Below, in pieces: positions 25,514 through 36,660 of a DNA stretch of 64,000 bases. The position numbers and the translations under genes were made by a program. Within the stretch, counting starts at the first letter, position 1, and each line of letters opens with the position of its first letter. The DNA is from Malacoraja senta (Eukaryota). The stretch is taken from contig CM075996.1 of the NCBI GenBank assembly GCA_038087875.1, positions 682,001 to 746,000 on the forward strand. The letters run 5' to 3'. The notes below the pieces were generated by a model, which saw only the letters and a program-made list of their open reading frames with translations, was not told the DNA's origin and ran no database searches.

Positions 25514-26725
25514 ATAGGTAGATAGCAGGACAATCAGTGGGGAGTTGATGGGTAAGTGAAAAAGTATAAATTTCACGAGATGGGTAGAATGGGACTGATC
25601 TGAAAGCTGGAAAAGACTTGAAGGATGGAATTACCTCCTTCTATGTCATAGAGAAATACTGTCTGAAATTGTCTCAAAGCAACAGCTGTCTGAAATTGTC
25701 TCAAAGCTAAGAAACTGAAAGAGTCCCTGACCCTACTTTCATAGAAGTCAGTCCAAATACATATCGGTTTGAAGTCAAAGGTCGCACATCTCAATGAGGA
25801 TAATGAATGCAGTTTGAGTATTGTCATTTTAAATAACATTGGATCAGGGGAGTCACAAGTAGTAAAATCTGGTTATTTTCTATGAGCAGGTAAGAACATT
25901 CATTTTTAAGATTGTTTGAATGTTGGGAATAGCACTACCATTAATGTCATGATTAATTTGCCAGTCTTTATTTGGAAAGAATGTGCTAGGAAGAAGGATA
26001 ATCCTGCTAAAAAGTCACTAAAGCATTCCGAAATGTAAGCAAAATTGCTGTGGCTTAATGCAGAATGTGTATATCAGGGGAAACTAGATAATATACAAGG
26101 CATATTGATAAAATATGGTTAAATAAGATGGAGGGTGGTTTGTGTGGGAAATATACCACTTGGGCCAATGGCCTGTATCTGCTCTGTACATTTTATGTAA
26201 ACGAATTGCTTGGAACACTGTGATGTTAGACATGTGTTTTGGCATCTGGGCCTCCTCTGGGATTAGAGCAAGAACGAGAATCTTTTGTCTCAAATACGAT
26301 AACAATTAATCACCTAGACACTGCTGCAAGCAACCACTGTGAAAAATCATTAAAGTGGTGTTCTTTTTCCATTTTCTTTGAATACTTCTGTTCACTATTT
26401 GTAAAGATATGGGGGTAATAACTGAGCTGAGTAGGTGGAGGTGGGGTCAAATTTACAGGAATACCATGACCGAAGTGAGCAACGCAAACAGTGCAGAAAA
26501 GGTACCTCCAAGGTCAGAGTGGAAATGAAGGAGTATCTCTGGAATAAGACTTGAATCTTTAATCTAGAGTCGGTGAAAACCACCAATAAGCCACCACTGA
26601 CTACATCGGATAGGGGAAAGAAGTGATCGAGGCTTAGAAAGTTATGTGTTCACAGTAAAAGTTGTTTTATCCAATAGCAAGATTGTAAAAAATGTGATAT
26701 TGAACCAGAAAGGTTTACTTTGTAT

Positions 26726-26956
26726 GGAGATACGAGGATGTATGCAGATGCCAGTTTACAAAAAAAGACACAAAGTGCTGGATTAAGTCAGCAGGTCAGG
26801 CAGCATCTCTCGAGAACATGCATAGGTATTATTTTGGGTTGGGACCCTTCTTCAGGCTCGAAACTGAAGAAGGGTCCCAATCCGAAACATCACTTATCCA
26901 TGTTCTCCACAGATGCTGACTAACCCACTAATTTACTCCACCGTTGTGTGTCTTTT
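26726..26956. mobile_element. Penelope-derived inverted-repeat element
   Basis: TSD TTTACTTTGTAT (26714-26725, 26957-26968); hammerhead-like core at 26864. Confidence 0.75.
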
Positions 26957-28313
26957 TTTACTTTGTATACTGAGCTGGCTAGCACAAATAAAGCAAACTA
27001 AATTTAAAAAGAAAATTGTACACCATTGGTCATGATGGGAAGAGAATTGTACTACAGTATATCTCAACCCCTTCAGTGGAATAGAGAGAATCCTTTCACT
27101 TTTCTAGTGGAGCAAAGATTGTTGGCAGATATACGTAATTCCATGGATTAGAGATCAAATTATTGTTGGATCTGGTAGTCCATCCAGAAAGAAGAACTTC
27201 TATGTGAGATGGGAATTAGACCTAGAAAAATGGAAAGCTATGGATGCAAGAAGTGTCAGATGGCCAATAAAAATACTACTTATACCAAAGTGAAAGACAA
27301 AAAACAAAATAAGTAGAGCCAAGTTTCCTTTAAGATTCCACATTTTGTGTTCAGCAACACAACCAAATGCTCTGGTTAGGACTACGTACAATATGGATTT
27401 GAAAATCATTGCATAATGAGGACATTGAATGTCCATGGAGTGGATGAGATGCCATGTATGATCCAATTTTGAATACCAATTGAAAGCAATATATCAGCTG
27501 CCAAAGGAGGTCAATCTGTCAAGGAACGCTCACTAGAAATAAGTCTTTCAAGATGTCAGTGCAAGGGTAACCAGACACATTGATTGAGTCCAGAGTAATA
27601 TGCGATGCTCTTCCAAGGCAAGTCATCTATTTCTAAACCATGTGCTGTTTGTGGATGAGACCATATTGAAGCCATCTGGGACATATTCTATGATGGTAGG
27701 GGACCCAAAGAATCCAGAAAGCTGAGAGAAACAATATAGATTTCTTTGTGGTAAAGTGGAATGATGTCACACTCATATTTGGAAGAAGTACCATGCAGAG
27801 ATGAGAATGATAAAAAGATGCTTTTAGAGGGTCATGAAGATTGATTCATTACCAGCGATGACTTCACCTTACGGCTCACAAGTGAATATGCAGATATTTT
27901 TAATGGATCAGGTACACTAGAAGGCAAATACCACCTGTCTTAAATGAGTGGAAGTCACCAGCAGTACACCCACTGAGACCTGCACTGGTGGCTATCAAGA
28001 AGAAACTAAAGTGGAGGTGGAGACACCGACTAAAACACTGACAGCGGCACCAGTAAATGCATCCGTCATTTTCTGATTTTGTGGGAAAGCTGAGAATATG
28101 CTTAGGTTCCAGATACCTTAAAGAGCTCTGAAAAGTGGCCACTAATCCTTGAAGACTGTAGAAGGTTTTCTGACAGATCTGAGTAGAGCAAATAATTATG
28201 AGTGTTTGATACATAAAATGGGTTCCAGCATGTGAAGCCACATACATAACCCGTTGAGGCATGCTACTTGATTTTAAACCATTGGAGAACATCTAGAATC
28301 AATGGAAGAATTA

Positions 28314-28633
28314 GGGTGGCACAGTGGAGCAGTGGTAGAGTTGCTGCCTCACAGCGCCAGAGACCCGGATTCGATCCTGACCTCAGGTGCTTTCTGTGCG
28401 GAGTTTGCATGTTCATCCTGTGACTGTGTGGGTTTCCTCTGGGTGCTCCAGTTTCCGTACTCCAAAATCGTGCATGTTTGGAGGTTAAGTGGCTTCTGTA
28501 AACTGTAAATTGTCCCTAGTGTGTAGGATAATGTTAGTGTACAGGATAGTGTTAATGCACAGGGTGATCGCAGGTCGGCTTGGACTTGGTGGAGCGAAGA
28601 GCCTGTTTCCGCGCTGTATCTCTAAAGTCTAAA
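28314..28633 (+). mobile_element. Full-length HE1-type SINE nested in Gypsy RT
   Basis: Head TGGCACAGTGG..GATTCGATCC, core and tail. Confidence 0.85.
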
Positions 28634-29864
28634 TTATATGAAGTTGATTGCTGCACAGGAAGGTCTCAATGGTTTAAAGATCATAGGAGATGACATACTG
28701 TTCGTTTGCGAAGGAGAAACAGGAGAATGAGCAGAGTGAGCCCATGACTAAAAGCAAGAACCCCAATGAGCAGATGTAGGTAGGAGCAATAGAAAAGGAC
28801 CGATTAAAAGTAGACGTTTTAAAAGGGCATTTCTTTTTTGAGTTATTTAATTAGTAGAATTGATTTGAAAGCAGAGCCAGCAAAAGTCAAGACAGTGAAG
28901 CAGATGCCAAACCCAACAAATGTTACAGTAGTACGATGCCTTATAGGGGTCAACAACTTTCTTTACAATTTCTTGACCCACTTGACTGAATTACGTGAAC
29001 AGCTAACCAAGCAGATGTGAAATAATAGTTCGGGGAAAAAAATGTAAGTGTTGGAAATTTGAAACAAAAATAGGGAGTTCTGAAAATGCTCATAATGTCA
29101 AGCCAAATCAGTGAAGAGAGAAAGAGTCAATGTTTTGAGTCAAGGTCCTTTCATCAGTGAAGTGTTGGTTGGCTCAAATGAAACGGAAACATTCACGGAA
29201 GAGGTTATGGTGCACTACTTTGATGATAAGAAGGAGTTGCCTGTATAAGCAGACTCGTAAAAGATGGAGCAATGAACCTGGAGGAGGGTCAACTGATGAA
29301 ATACACAAGCAGAGGTCTGGCAGATATGGAGACATATTACACACAAGCTGAAAAAGGGAGCTGCTTGATGTCATCTTTGGACTGAAGAAATATCATCAGT
29401 TGCAATTAAGGAAATGGCATGTGAACAGTGATTAGATGTCATCTGACTTCATTGTTATTAAAATCTTACAAACAGTGCCAAAGAGGTCACAGTGAATGCT
29501 TTTGAGAAGTCAGGCATACAACATAAAGGGTGAAGAAGGTTCAAGCAAAAATGAACTATCTCAAAGATACAAAAGAGCTTGAGATGGTCAAATTGGCAAG
29601 ACAAACACAAAAGTGCTGGATTAATTCAGTGGATCAGGCAGCATCTTTGGTGGACATGGATAGGCAACATTTTGGATCAGGACGAGCTGGTCTATGATCC
29701 TTTGTCAGTCTGAGTTATTCCAGCACTTTTTGCAAATGCAGTTTCTTGTATCTCCAATTTGGCTGGACTCATTGCAATTTTCTTTGGAAAGAGCACATTC
29801 AGCCCACCTTGACTATCGATTTACCATTCACACTAGTTCTATGTTATCCCACGTTCTCATCTAC

Positions 29865-32800
29865 GCTGTTTCACTTTCCACAAACCTGATGAGGGATCTT
29901 TGAAAGCTTAACTTTGTTTCTTTGCCCAGGCATGCTGCCTGACTTGCTGAGTGTTTCTATATTTACTTCAGATTTCCAGCGTTAACAATTATTTATGATT
30001 TTCTAGAGAATCAAGTGCAGCAGCTGAAGCAAGTTGGTTCAAACAGGGTAGGAAAATGATACTCTGTGATGTTGAATCTGTTCTCATATCATAGTTTAAC
30101 ATGAGAGGTATAAACTCAGCACTCAAAGTGACCTGATAGGCCAAGGCAATTTCCTTTCAAGTCATGAAATGGACAGCATGTGCACCCCTCACAGATGGGA
30201 GTGAAGGGTTGTGTCCCCGAGAGCATTTACTGGCCATGGATCCTGAGAATAGAACCAAAGAAAGGAAATGCTTCATTCTCATCAAGCTCCAGACCACGAG
30301 CAAAAGATGGATTAAAAAAAAGACACAGCGCTGGGGTGACTCAGTGGATCAAGCAGCTTCCCGGGAGAACATGGATAGGTGACGTTTCTGGTCGGGATCC
30401 TTCCTCCGGTCCCTTTTTGTAAACTAGCATCTGCAGTTCCTTGCTTCAAATAAAGATGGATCAGATTGGTTTCACCTAAATACATTTTTTGGTTGTTACT
30501 TTTCTAATTTCTGGGAGATGGACTTCTTAATAAATGATCCTTTCAATTTCCTTTCCCGCAACGACAGCTTCGTCCGCTGGAATGGAGGATGGCAGCTTCG
30601 GCAGCTTCGACCACCCCGGGCCGCGGAGTTTGAACCGGCCCGTTCGCGGAGCTCGGATGCGGCCGCTGGACTTACCATCACCCGGCGGGGTCCCTACATC
30701 GAAAGCTGGATCTCCATACAGGCAAACTGAAGTCAGGATAGAATCCGGGTCTCTGGTGTTCTGAGGCAGCTGCTATACCAGCTGCACCACTGTGCCGCCC
30801 TAAAGGAAGCATTCCCTTCAAACCGTCGTCGAAACAGATGACCGTTTCCACTACAGTATTCTGCTCAACCAGCTGAGCTATCGAAGGAAAGCCATTTATA
30901 CAGGAGATTGAGGAAGCTATTAGACAAGCTGATACAAATGCTGGACATACTCAGCAGGTCAGACGATCTATGGAAAGAGAAACAGGGTTTATGTATCAGC
31001 TGAAAGTTAAATGTTTATGCTGTTTCACTTTCCACAGATCTGATGAGGGATCTTTGAAAGCTTAACTTTGTTTCTTTGCCCAGGCATGCTGCCTGACTTG
31101 CTGAGTGTTTCTATATTTACTTCAGATTTCCAGCGTTAACAATTATTTTTGATTTTCTAGTGAATCAAGTGCAGCAGCTGAAGCAAGTTGGTTCAAACAG
31201 GGTAGGAAAATGATACTCTGTGATGTTGAATCTGTTCTCATATCATAGTTTAACATGAGACGTATAAACTCAGCACTCAAAGTGACCTGATCTTTATAGG
31301 CCAAGGCAATTTCCTTTCAAGTCATGAAGTGGACAGCATGTGCACCCCTCACAGATGGGAGTGAAGGGTTGCGTCCCCGAGAGCACAAGAGCATTTACTG
31401 GCCATGGATTCTGAGAATAGAACCAAAGAAAAGGAAATGCTTCATTCTCATCAAGCTCCAGACCACGAGCAAAAGATGGATTAAAAAAAAGACACAGCGC
31501 TGGGGTGACTCAGTGGATCAAGCAGCTTCCCGGGAGAACATGGATAGGTGACGTTTCTGGTCGGGATCCTTCCTCCGGTCCCTTTTTGTAAACTAGCATC
31601 TGCAGTTCCTTGCTTCAAATAAAGATGGATCAGATTGGTTTCACCTAAATACATTTTTTGGTTGTTACTTTTCTAATTTCTGGGAGATGGACTTCTTAAT
31701 AAATGATCCTTTCAATTTCCTTTCCCGCAACGACAGCTTCGTCCGCTGGAATGGAGGATGGCAGCTTCGGCAGCTTCGACCACCCCGGGCCGCGGAGTTT
31801 GAACCGGCCCGTTCGCGGAGCTCGGATGCGGCCGCTGGACTTACCATCACCCGGCGGGGTCCCTACATCGAAAGCTGGATCTCCATACAGGCAAACTGAA
31901 GTCAGGATAGAATCCGGGTCTCTGGTGTTCTGAGGCAGCTGCTATACCAGCTGCACCACTGTGCCGCCCTAAAGGAAGCATTCCCTTCAAACCGTCGTCG
32001 AAACAGATGACCGTTTCCACTACAGTATTCTGCTCAACCAGCTGAGCTATCGAAGGAAAGCCATTTATACAGGAGATTGAGGAAGCTATTAGACAAGCTG
32101 ATACAAATGCTGGACATACTCAGCAGGTCAGACGATCTATGGAAAGAGAAACAGGGTTTATGTATCAGCTGAAAGTTAAATGTTTATGCTGTTTCACTTT
32201 CCACAGATCTGATGAGGGATCTTTGAAAGCTTAACTTTGTTTCTTTGCCCAGGCATGCTGCCTGACTTGCTGAGTGTTTCTATATTTACTTCAGATTTCC
32301 AGCGTTAACAATTATTTTTGATTTTCTAGTGAATCAAGTGCAGCAGCTGAAGCAAGTTGGTTCAAACAGGGTAGGAAAATGATACTCTGTGATGTTGAAT
32401 CTGTTCTCATATCATAGTTTAACATGAGACGTATAAACTCAGCACTCAAAGTGACCTGATCTTTATAGGCCAAGGCAATTTCCTTTCAAGTCATGAAGTG
32501 GACAGCATGTGCACCCCTCACAGATGGGAGTGAAGGGTTGCGTCCCCGAGAGCACAAGAGCATTTACTGGCCATGGATTCTGAGAATAGAACCAAAGAAA
32601 AGGAAATGCTTCATTCTCATCAAGCTCCAGACCACGAGCAAAAGATGGATTAAAAAAAAGACACAGTGCTGGGGTAACTCAGTGGATCAAGCAGCTTCCC
32701 GGGAGAACATGGATAGGTGACGTTTCGGGTCGGGATCCTTCCTCCGGTCCCTTTTTGTGAAATAGCATCTGCAGTTCCTTGCTTCAAATAAAGTGGATCA

Positions 32801-32880
32801 AATTGGTTTCACCTAAATAAATTTTGGGGTTGTTACTTTTCTAATTTCTGGGAGATGGACTTCTTAATAAATGATCCTTT
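29865..32880 (+). repeat. Tandem triplication A-B-A-B-A, period 1169 bp
   Basis: Units start at 29865, 31019 and 32188; identical ORFs recur 1169 bp apart. Confidence 0.95.
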
Positions 32881-33384
32881 ATGCATATGTGTGCACTTAA
32901 ATAAGCATTTTCTGCAACCTCCTTGCTGTTTTGTGGTAGAACAGCAATGATCTCAAATGATTAACCGTTATGCACATATATTGTTTTCATTAACAGGTAC
33001 TGGTGAAGTTTCTTCAAAGACGTTGATGACCATTCACAAGCTCAAGTTTACCAGATGATGGTATTCTTGAGATGGAGCTCAAACATTGCAGATGCTGGAA
33101 ATCTGAAATCAAGAATAATTCTGAAAACACTAGGCAGGTCAGGCAGCATCTGCATGAAGAGCAAAGGGGTTATTGCTCATGCCTCCCATCCTGATATATA
33201 CCCTCCCCCCCCCCCCCCCCCATCATTTTAATCAATGACATTTGGTCCTTGAATCACTTATGGGAACAGGTACTCCTTTTCCTTCATCTAAGCCCATTAT
33301 GTTCTTCACCTCAATCTAATTTCCTCTGAACCTCCTTTTGCGCCAAAGATACGATTCCCATTTCTCCAATCTAATCTTGCAGCT

Positions 33385-33601
33385 GGCACTGTGGCGCAAT
33401 GGTAGAGTTGCTGCCTGACAGCGCCGGAGACACGGGTATGATCCCGACTCCCACATTCCAAAGATATGCAGGTTTGTAGGTTAATTAACTTCTGTAAATT
33501 GTCCCTAGTGTGTAGGATAGAATTAGCGTACAGGTGAATGCTGGTCAGCATGGACTGAGTGGGCCAAAGGGCCTGTTTCCACGTTATATCTCTAAACTAA
33601 A
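33385..33601 (+). mobile_element. HE1-type SINE with internal deletion
   Basis: Head joined directly to CTCCCACATTCCAAAG; tail intact. Confidence 0.75.
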
Positions 33602-33679
33602 TTGGAATCTGTCATCTCTCAAAGCACTAGTAAAACATCTAGCACCTAAAAGTGTCTTAGTAAAACTTCTAGCATCTAA

Positions 33680-34005
33680 AAGTGTCTTAAATGCCACTAC
33701 CATATCTGCCCCCACTACCACCCCTGACAATGTGTTCCAGGCCCCTACTATCCTCTGTACAAAAAACTTGCCTTATACATCTCCATTAAACTTTCCCTTT
33801 CTCACCTTATAGCTATGCCCTCTAGTATTACACATTTCCACCCTTGGAAAATGGTTCTGACACTCTACCCTATCTATGCCTCTCTGATGTTCCAGAGAAA
33901 ACAATCAAAGTTTATCCAACTTTTCCTTGTAGCTGAAACCCTCTAATCCAGGCAGCATTTTGGTAAACCTCCTCTGCATCCTCAAAAGTCTCCTCATCTT
34001 TCCTG
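33680..34005 (-). mobile_element. CR1 LINE 3' fragment
   Basis: Similar to 15900-16200 (TCTACCCTATCTATGCC, AGAGAAAACAATC). Confidence 0.65.
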
Positions 34006-34144
34006 CAGGATTTAAAAAACATTTCATACTCTGGTTTTGAACTTTATATCTCTATTTATGAACCCCCTTATCCTCTGTACTTTACCAATTAGACCTTGAA
34101 ATACACCAACCCACCCATAATAATTTGACCCTGTGTAAACATCA

Positions 34145-34540
34145 GCACTGTGCCATAATAGGTCAATGGTCACGTTCTTACCTCTGAATCATAAGGAGGT
34201 GTATTTGAGTCACACTTTGGAAACTTCATCAGAAACATCAGGTACAGTGGACTATTGAGGAATGGTGCATTGTTAGAGGCAGGCCATTAAACTGATACTC
34301 TTTTGCAGATAGGTCACTTGCAGGGAAGATCAGAGGACTTGATGCAGAACTGAAACTCATCCATAAACTACTGTTGGTTAAGAGAAAAGATCACATTGCT
34401 GTTTCTGGAATCTTAAAGACCGCTCATAATCAAATGTGGTGCACCTTATATTACAACAATGATTACACTTCAAATAGCACTTCATTACCTGCGAAACACT
34501 TTGGATGGTCTGAAAGGTACAGAACAAGTGCAAGAATTTA
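34145..34540 (+). mobile_element. DeuSINE/SacSINE1-like SINE
   Basis: TCTTACCTCTGAATCATAAGG head, ATCACATTGCTGTTT, ACACTTCAAA tail region. Confidence 0.6.
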
Positions 34541-34766
34541 TTTCTTATTATCACAATGGTTTCAATATTTCTGGACTTGAAGAGGAATTAATAGGCTGTA
34601 AACACTTTATTATTTTTAAATCCTCCCTTCCTGCATTGCTTTTGTCAGTTCAATGAGCTGAGACACAATATACTTAACTTAAAGCCTTTAAAGAGCATTA
34701 AAGAGGTAGTTCAATTGGCGTGAAGTCCTCACAGATCGGAGTATTGCATGTAAACTTCTATTATCC

Positions 34767-34783
34767 ACTGCCCTCTGCTGGTC
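34767..34783 (-). promoter_or_regulatory. Candidate CTCF core site
   Basis: Minus strand GACCAGCAGAGGGCAGT. Confidence 0.55.
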
Positions 34784-35029
34784 TCCTGGGCAGAAATTTG
34801 AATTAGAAAGCAGAGAACAGATAATTAAGAACTATTCTGCTGCCTTGACAGATGCAAGATAAATAGCAGAGACACAAGAGACTGTAGATACTGGAATCTT
34901 GAGGGGAAAAATAACCAACTGTTGAAACATTTGTACATGGATAGGAAAGGTTTAGAGGGGTGTGGGCCAAATGTGGGAAAGTGAGACTAGTGTAGATGGG
35001 ACATCTTGGTCAGTATGAGCAAGTTGGAC

Positions 35030-35795
35030 TGAAGGGCCCTTTCCTGTGTTGTGTGGCTCTGTAGCTGCTGGAGGGACTCAGCGGATCAGGCAGCATCTGT
35101 GGAGGGAAACGGGCAGACGACGTTTGAGGTCGAAAAAGGGCATGGTGGAACTTAAACACAAAATACTGGAGTAACTCAGTGGGTCAGGTAGTATCTTTGC
35201 AGAGAAGAAATGGGTGACGTTTGAGGTCGAGAGCCTTCTTCAGACTGAGAAACTATATATATATATATATTAGGGCCTTTTCCAGTGTATGACTATAGCT
35301 GCTGGAGGAACGGCGGCATCAGTGGAGAGAATGGGGCAGACGACGTTTGAGGTCGAGAGCCTTCTTCAGACTGAGAGTTAGGGGAGAAAGGAGAAGAGAT
35401 AGGGAAAGGGCCTTTTCCTGTGTTTAAGAAGGAACTGCAGATGCTGGAAAATCGAAGGTAAACAAAAGTGCTGGAGAAACTCAGCGGGTGCAGTAGCATC
35501 TATGGAGCGAAGGAAATAGGCAACGTTTCGGGCCGAAACCCTTCTTCAGCCTTTTCCTGTGTTGCTTGACTCTCTATGCTGGAGGGACTTGGCGGCATCA
35601 GTGGAGGGAACGACGACGTTCGAGGTCGAGAGTCGTCTTCAGACTGAGAGTCAGGGGAGAAAGAGAAGTGATAGGGAAAGGGCCTTGTCCTGTGTTGTAT
35701 GACTCTATAACTGCTGGAGGAACGGCGGTTTAGGCGGCATCAGTGGAGGGAAAAGGGGGCAACCGACGTTCGAGGTCCAGAACCTTCCTCAGACA
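35030..35795. repeat. Degenerate tandem array of a roughly 135-bp chimeric unit (CR1 tail plus Penelope-derived arm) with nested insertion
   Basis: AGGGCCTTTTCCTGTGTTG starts near 35032, 35272, 35407 and 35679; the insert has TSD GCCTTTTCCTGTGTT (35410-35424, 35549-35563). Confidence 0.75.
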
Positions 35796-35799
35796 AGGT

Positions 35800-36660
35800 A
35801 AACAGCAGCAAACAACATGGAGGGCGGGAACTCCTGTAATGGACGCTTCCCTGAGCCTATGTCGCTCCAGCATCGGGCTGTGCGGAGCATGCCAACAGGC
35901 ACAAAGCCAAAACTGAGGCGGGTTATTTTCGTTTTTTTGAAGGACGGCAATTTATAAGCCTTGGCTGACAATATTCGGGTGAGGTAATGGTAAGCAGTGG
36001 GCCAATGAAAAGATGCTGGGAGGAACACACGCACTAATTATTATGGGGCGTTTGATGGACGTTCGTCTTACCCAACAGTGGGGCGGGACATCTCAGTGTG
36101 ATTGACGGCACTTTCGCCCAATCGCGTGTCGAGTTCGGGCAGAAGTGGTGACGTCACGCGGATGGGCGGGCTCGCGGCTTGAGCGACGGCCGGTGTATCC
36201 AATCCCGCGTTGGAGGGGGCGGGAGTTAGATTGACCGACGTGGGTTTGAGCCATTCACAGCAGTCCGGTGTGCTGACGGGCATTGGTGGTGGCCAATAGC
36301 GTTGTGGATCGGTGGCGAAGGCGTCGGGTGGGCAGCCAGTGGGAGGGACGGTAGGAGGGCCAGAGGGGGCGGTGCCCTGTGGCGGAGTTGAGTTGTGTTG
36401 TGTTGTGTTGTGTTGTGATGGTCGGCGAGAAAGTTTTCCGGCGAATCCTCCGGCTCGTTTTGCGTCGCGGAGCAAGGAGTGAAACCCCATCAGAAGAATA
36501 GCGGGGTTCGGAAGTCAATGGGATAGTCGGCGGCGCGCGAGAGCCGAGGTACTTCCAGAAGATTCTGCCGGAGCCCCTGGGTTTGCGGTGAGTTCGGGCC
36601 AAATGGCTGTGAGGAGTTTTGGAGGGAGGAGGAGAAGAAGAGGGAACGCGTGGGTGGGAG
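35800..36660 (+). promoter_or_regulatory. CpG-island promoter of an unidentified + strand gene
   Basis: Very CpG-rich; GC boxes (35822, 36081, 36164, 36217); CCAAT (36002, 36118, 36199, 36293); CRE TGACGTCA at 36149-36156. Confidence 0.9.
36380..36587 (+). other. Candidate non-coding first exon (start approximate)
   Basis: Strong donor GCG|GTGAGT at 36588, followed by G-rich intron start; contains (GTGTT)n at about 36386-36417. Confidence 0.7.

Larger units (their letters stand above)
26450..30260 (+). mobile_element. Heavily decayed Ty3/Gypsy LTR retrotransposon internal region
   Basis: Motifs in Gypsy order: gag RDQIIVG (about 27150); RT EYADIFNG, GKLRICL, IIGDDIL (28680-28700), PAKVKTVKQMPNPTN; RNase H YTQAEK-ELL.VIFGLKKYHQ (about 29340-29400); integrase Zn-domain remnant GVKGC..SIYWP. 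LTRs not identified. Confidence 0.75.

Noticed and set aside
30496-31933. Identical duplicated ORFs suggesting a gene pair
   Set aside because: They span the repeat junction of the tandem duplication and show no coding features
35983-36006. A seventh decamer-CCAAT module
   Set aside because: Sequence at the N9 position (GGTAATGGTA) does not fit the decamer
36068-36602. 140-aa and 115-aa minus ORFs
   Set aside because: Expected from GC richness and a microsatellite in the CpG island; no recognisable domain
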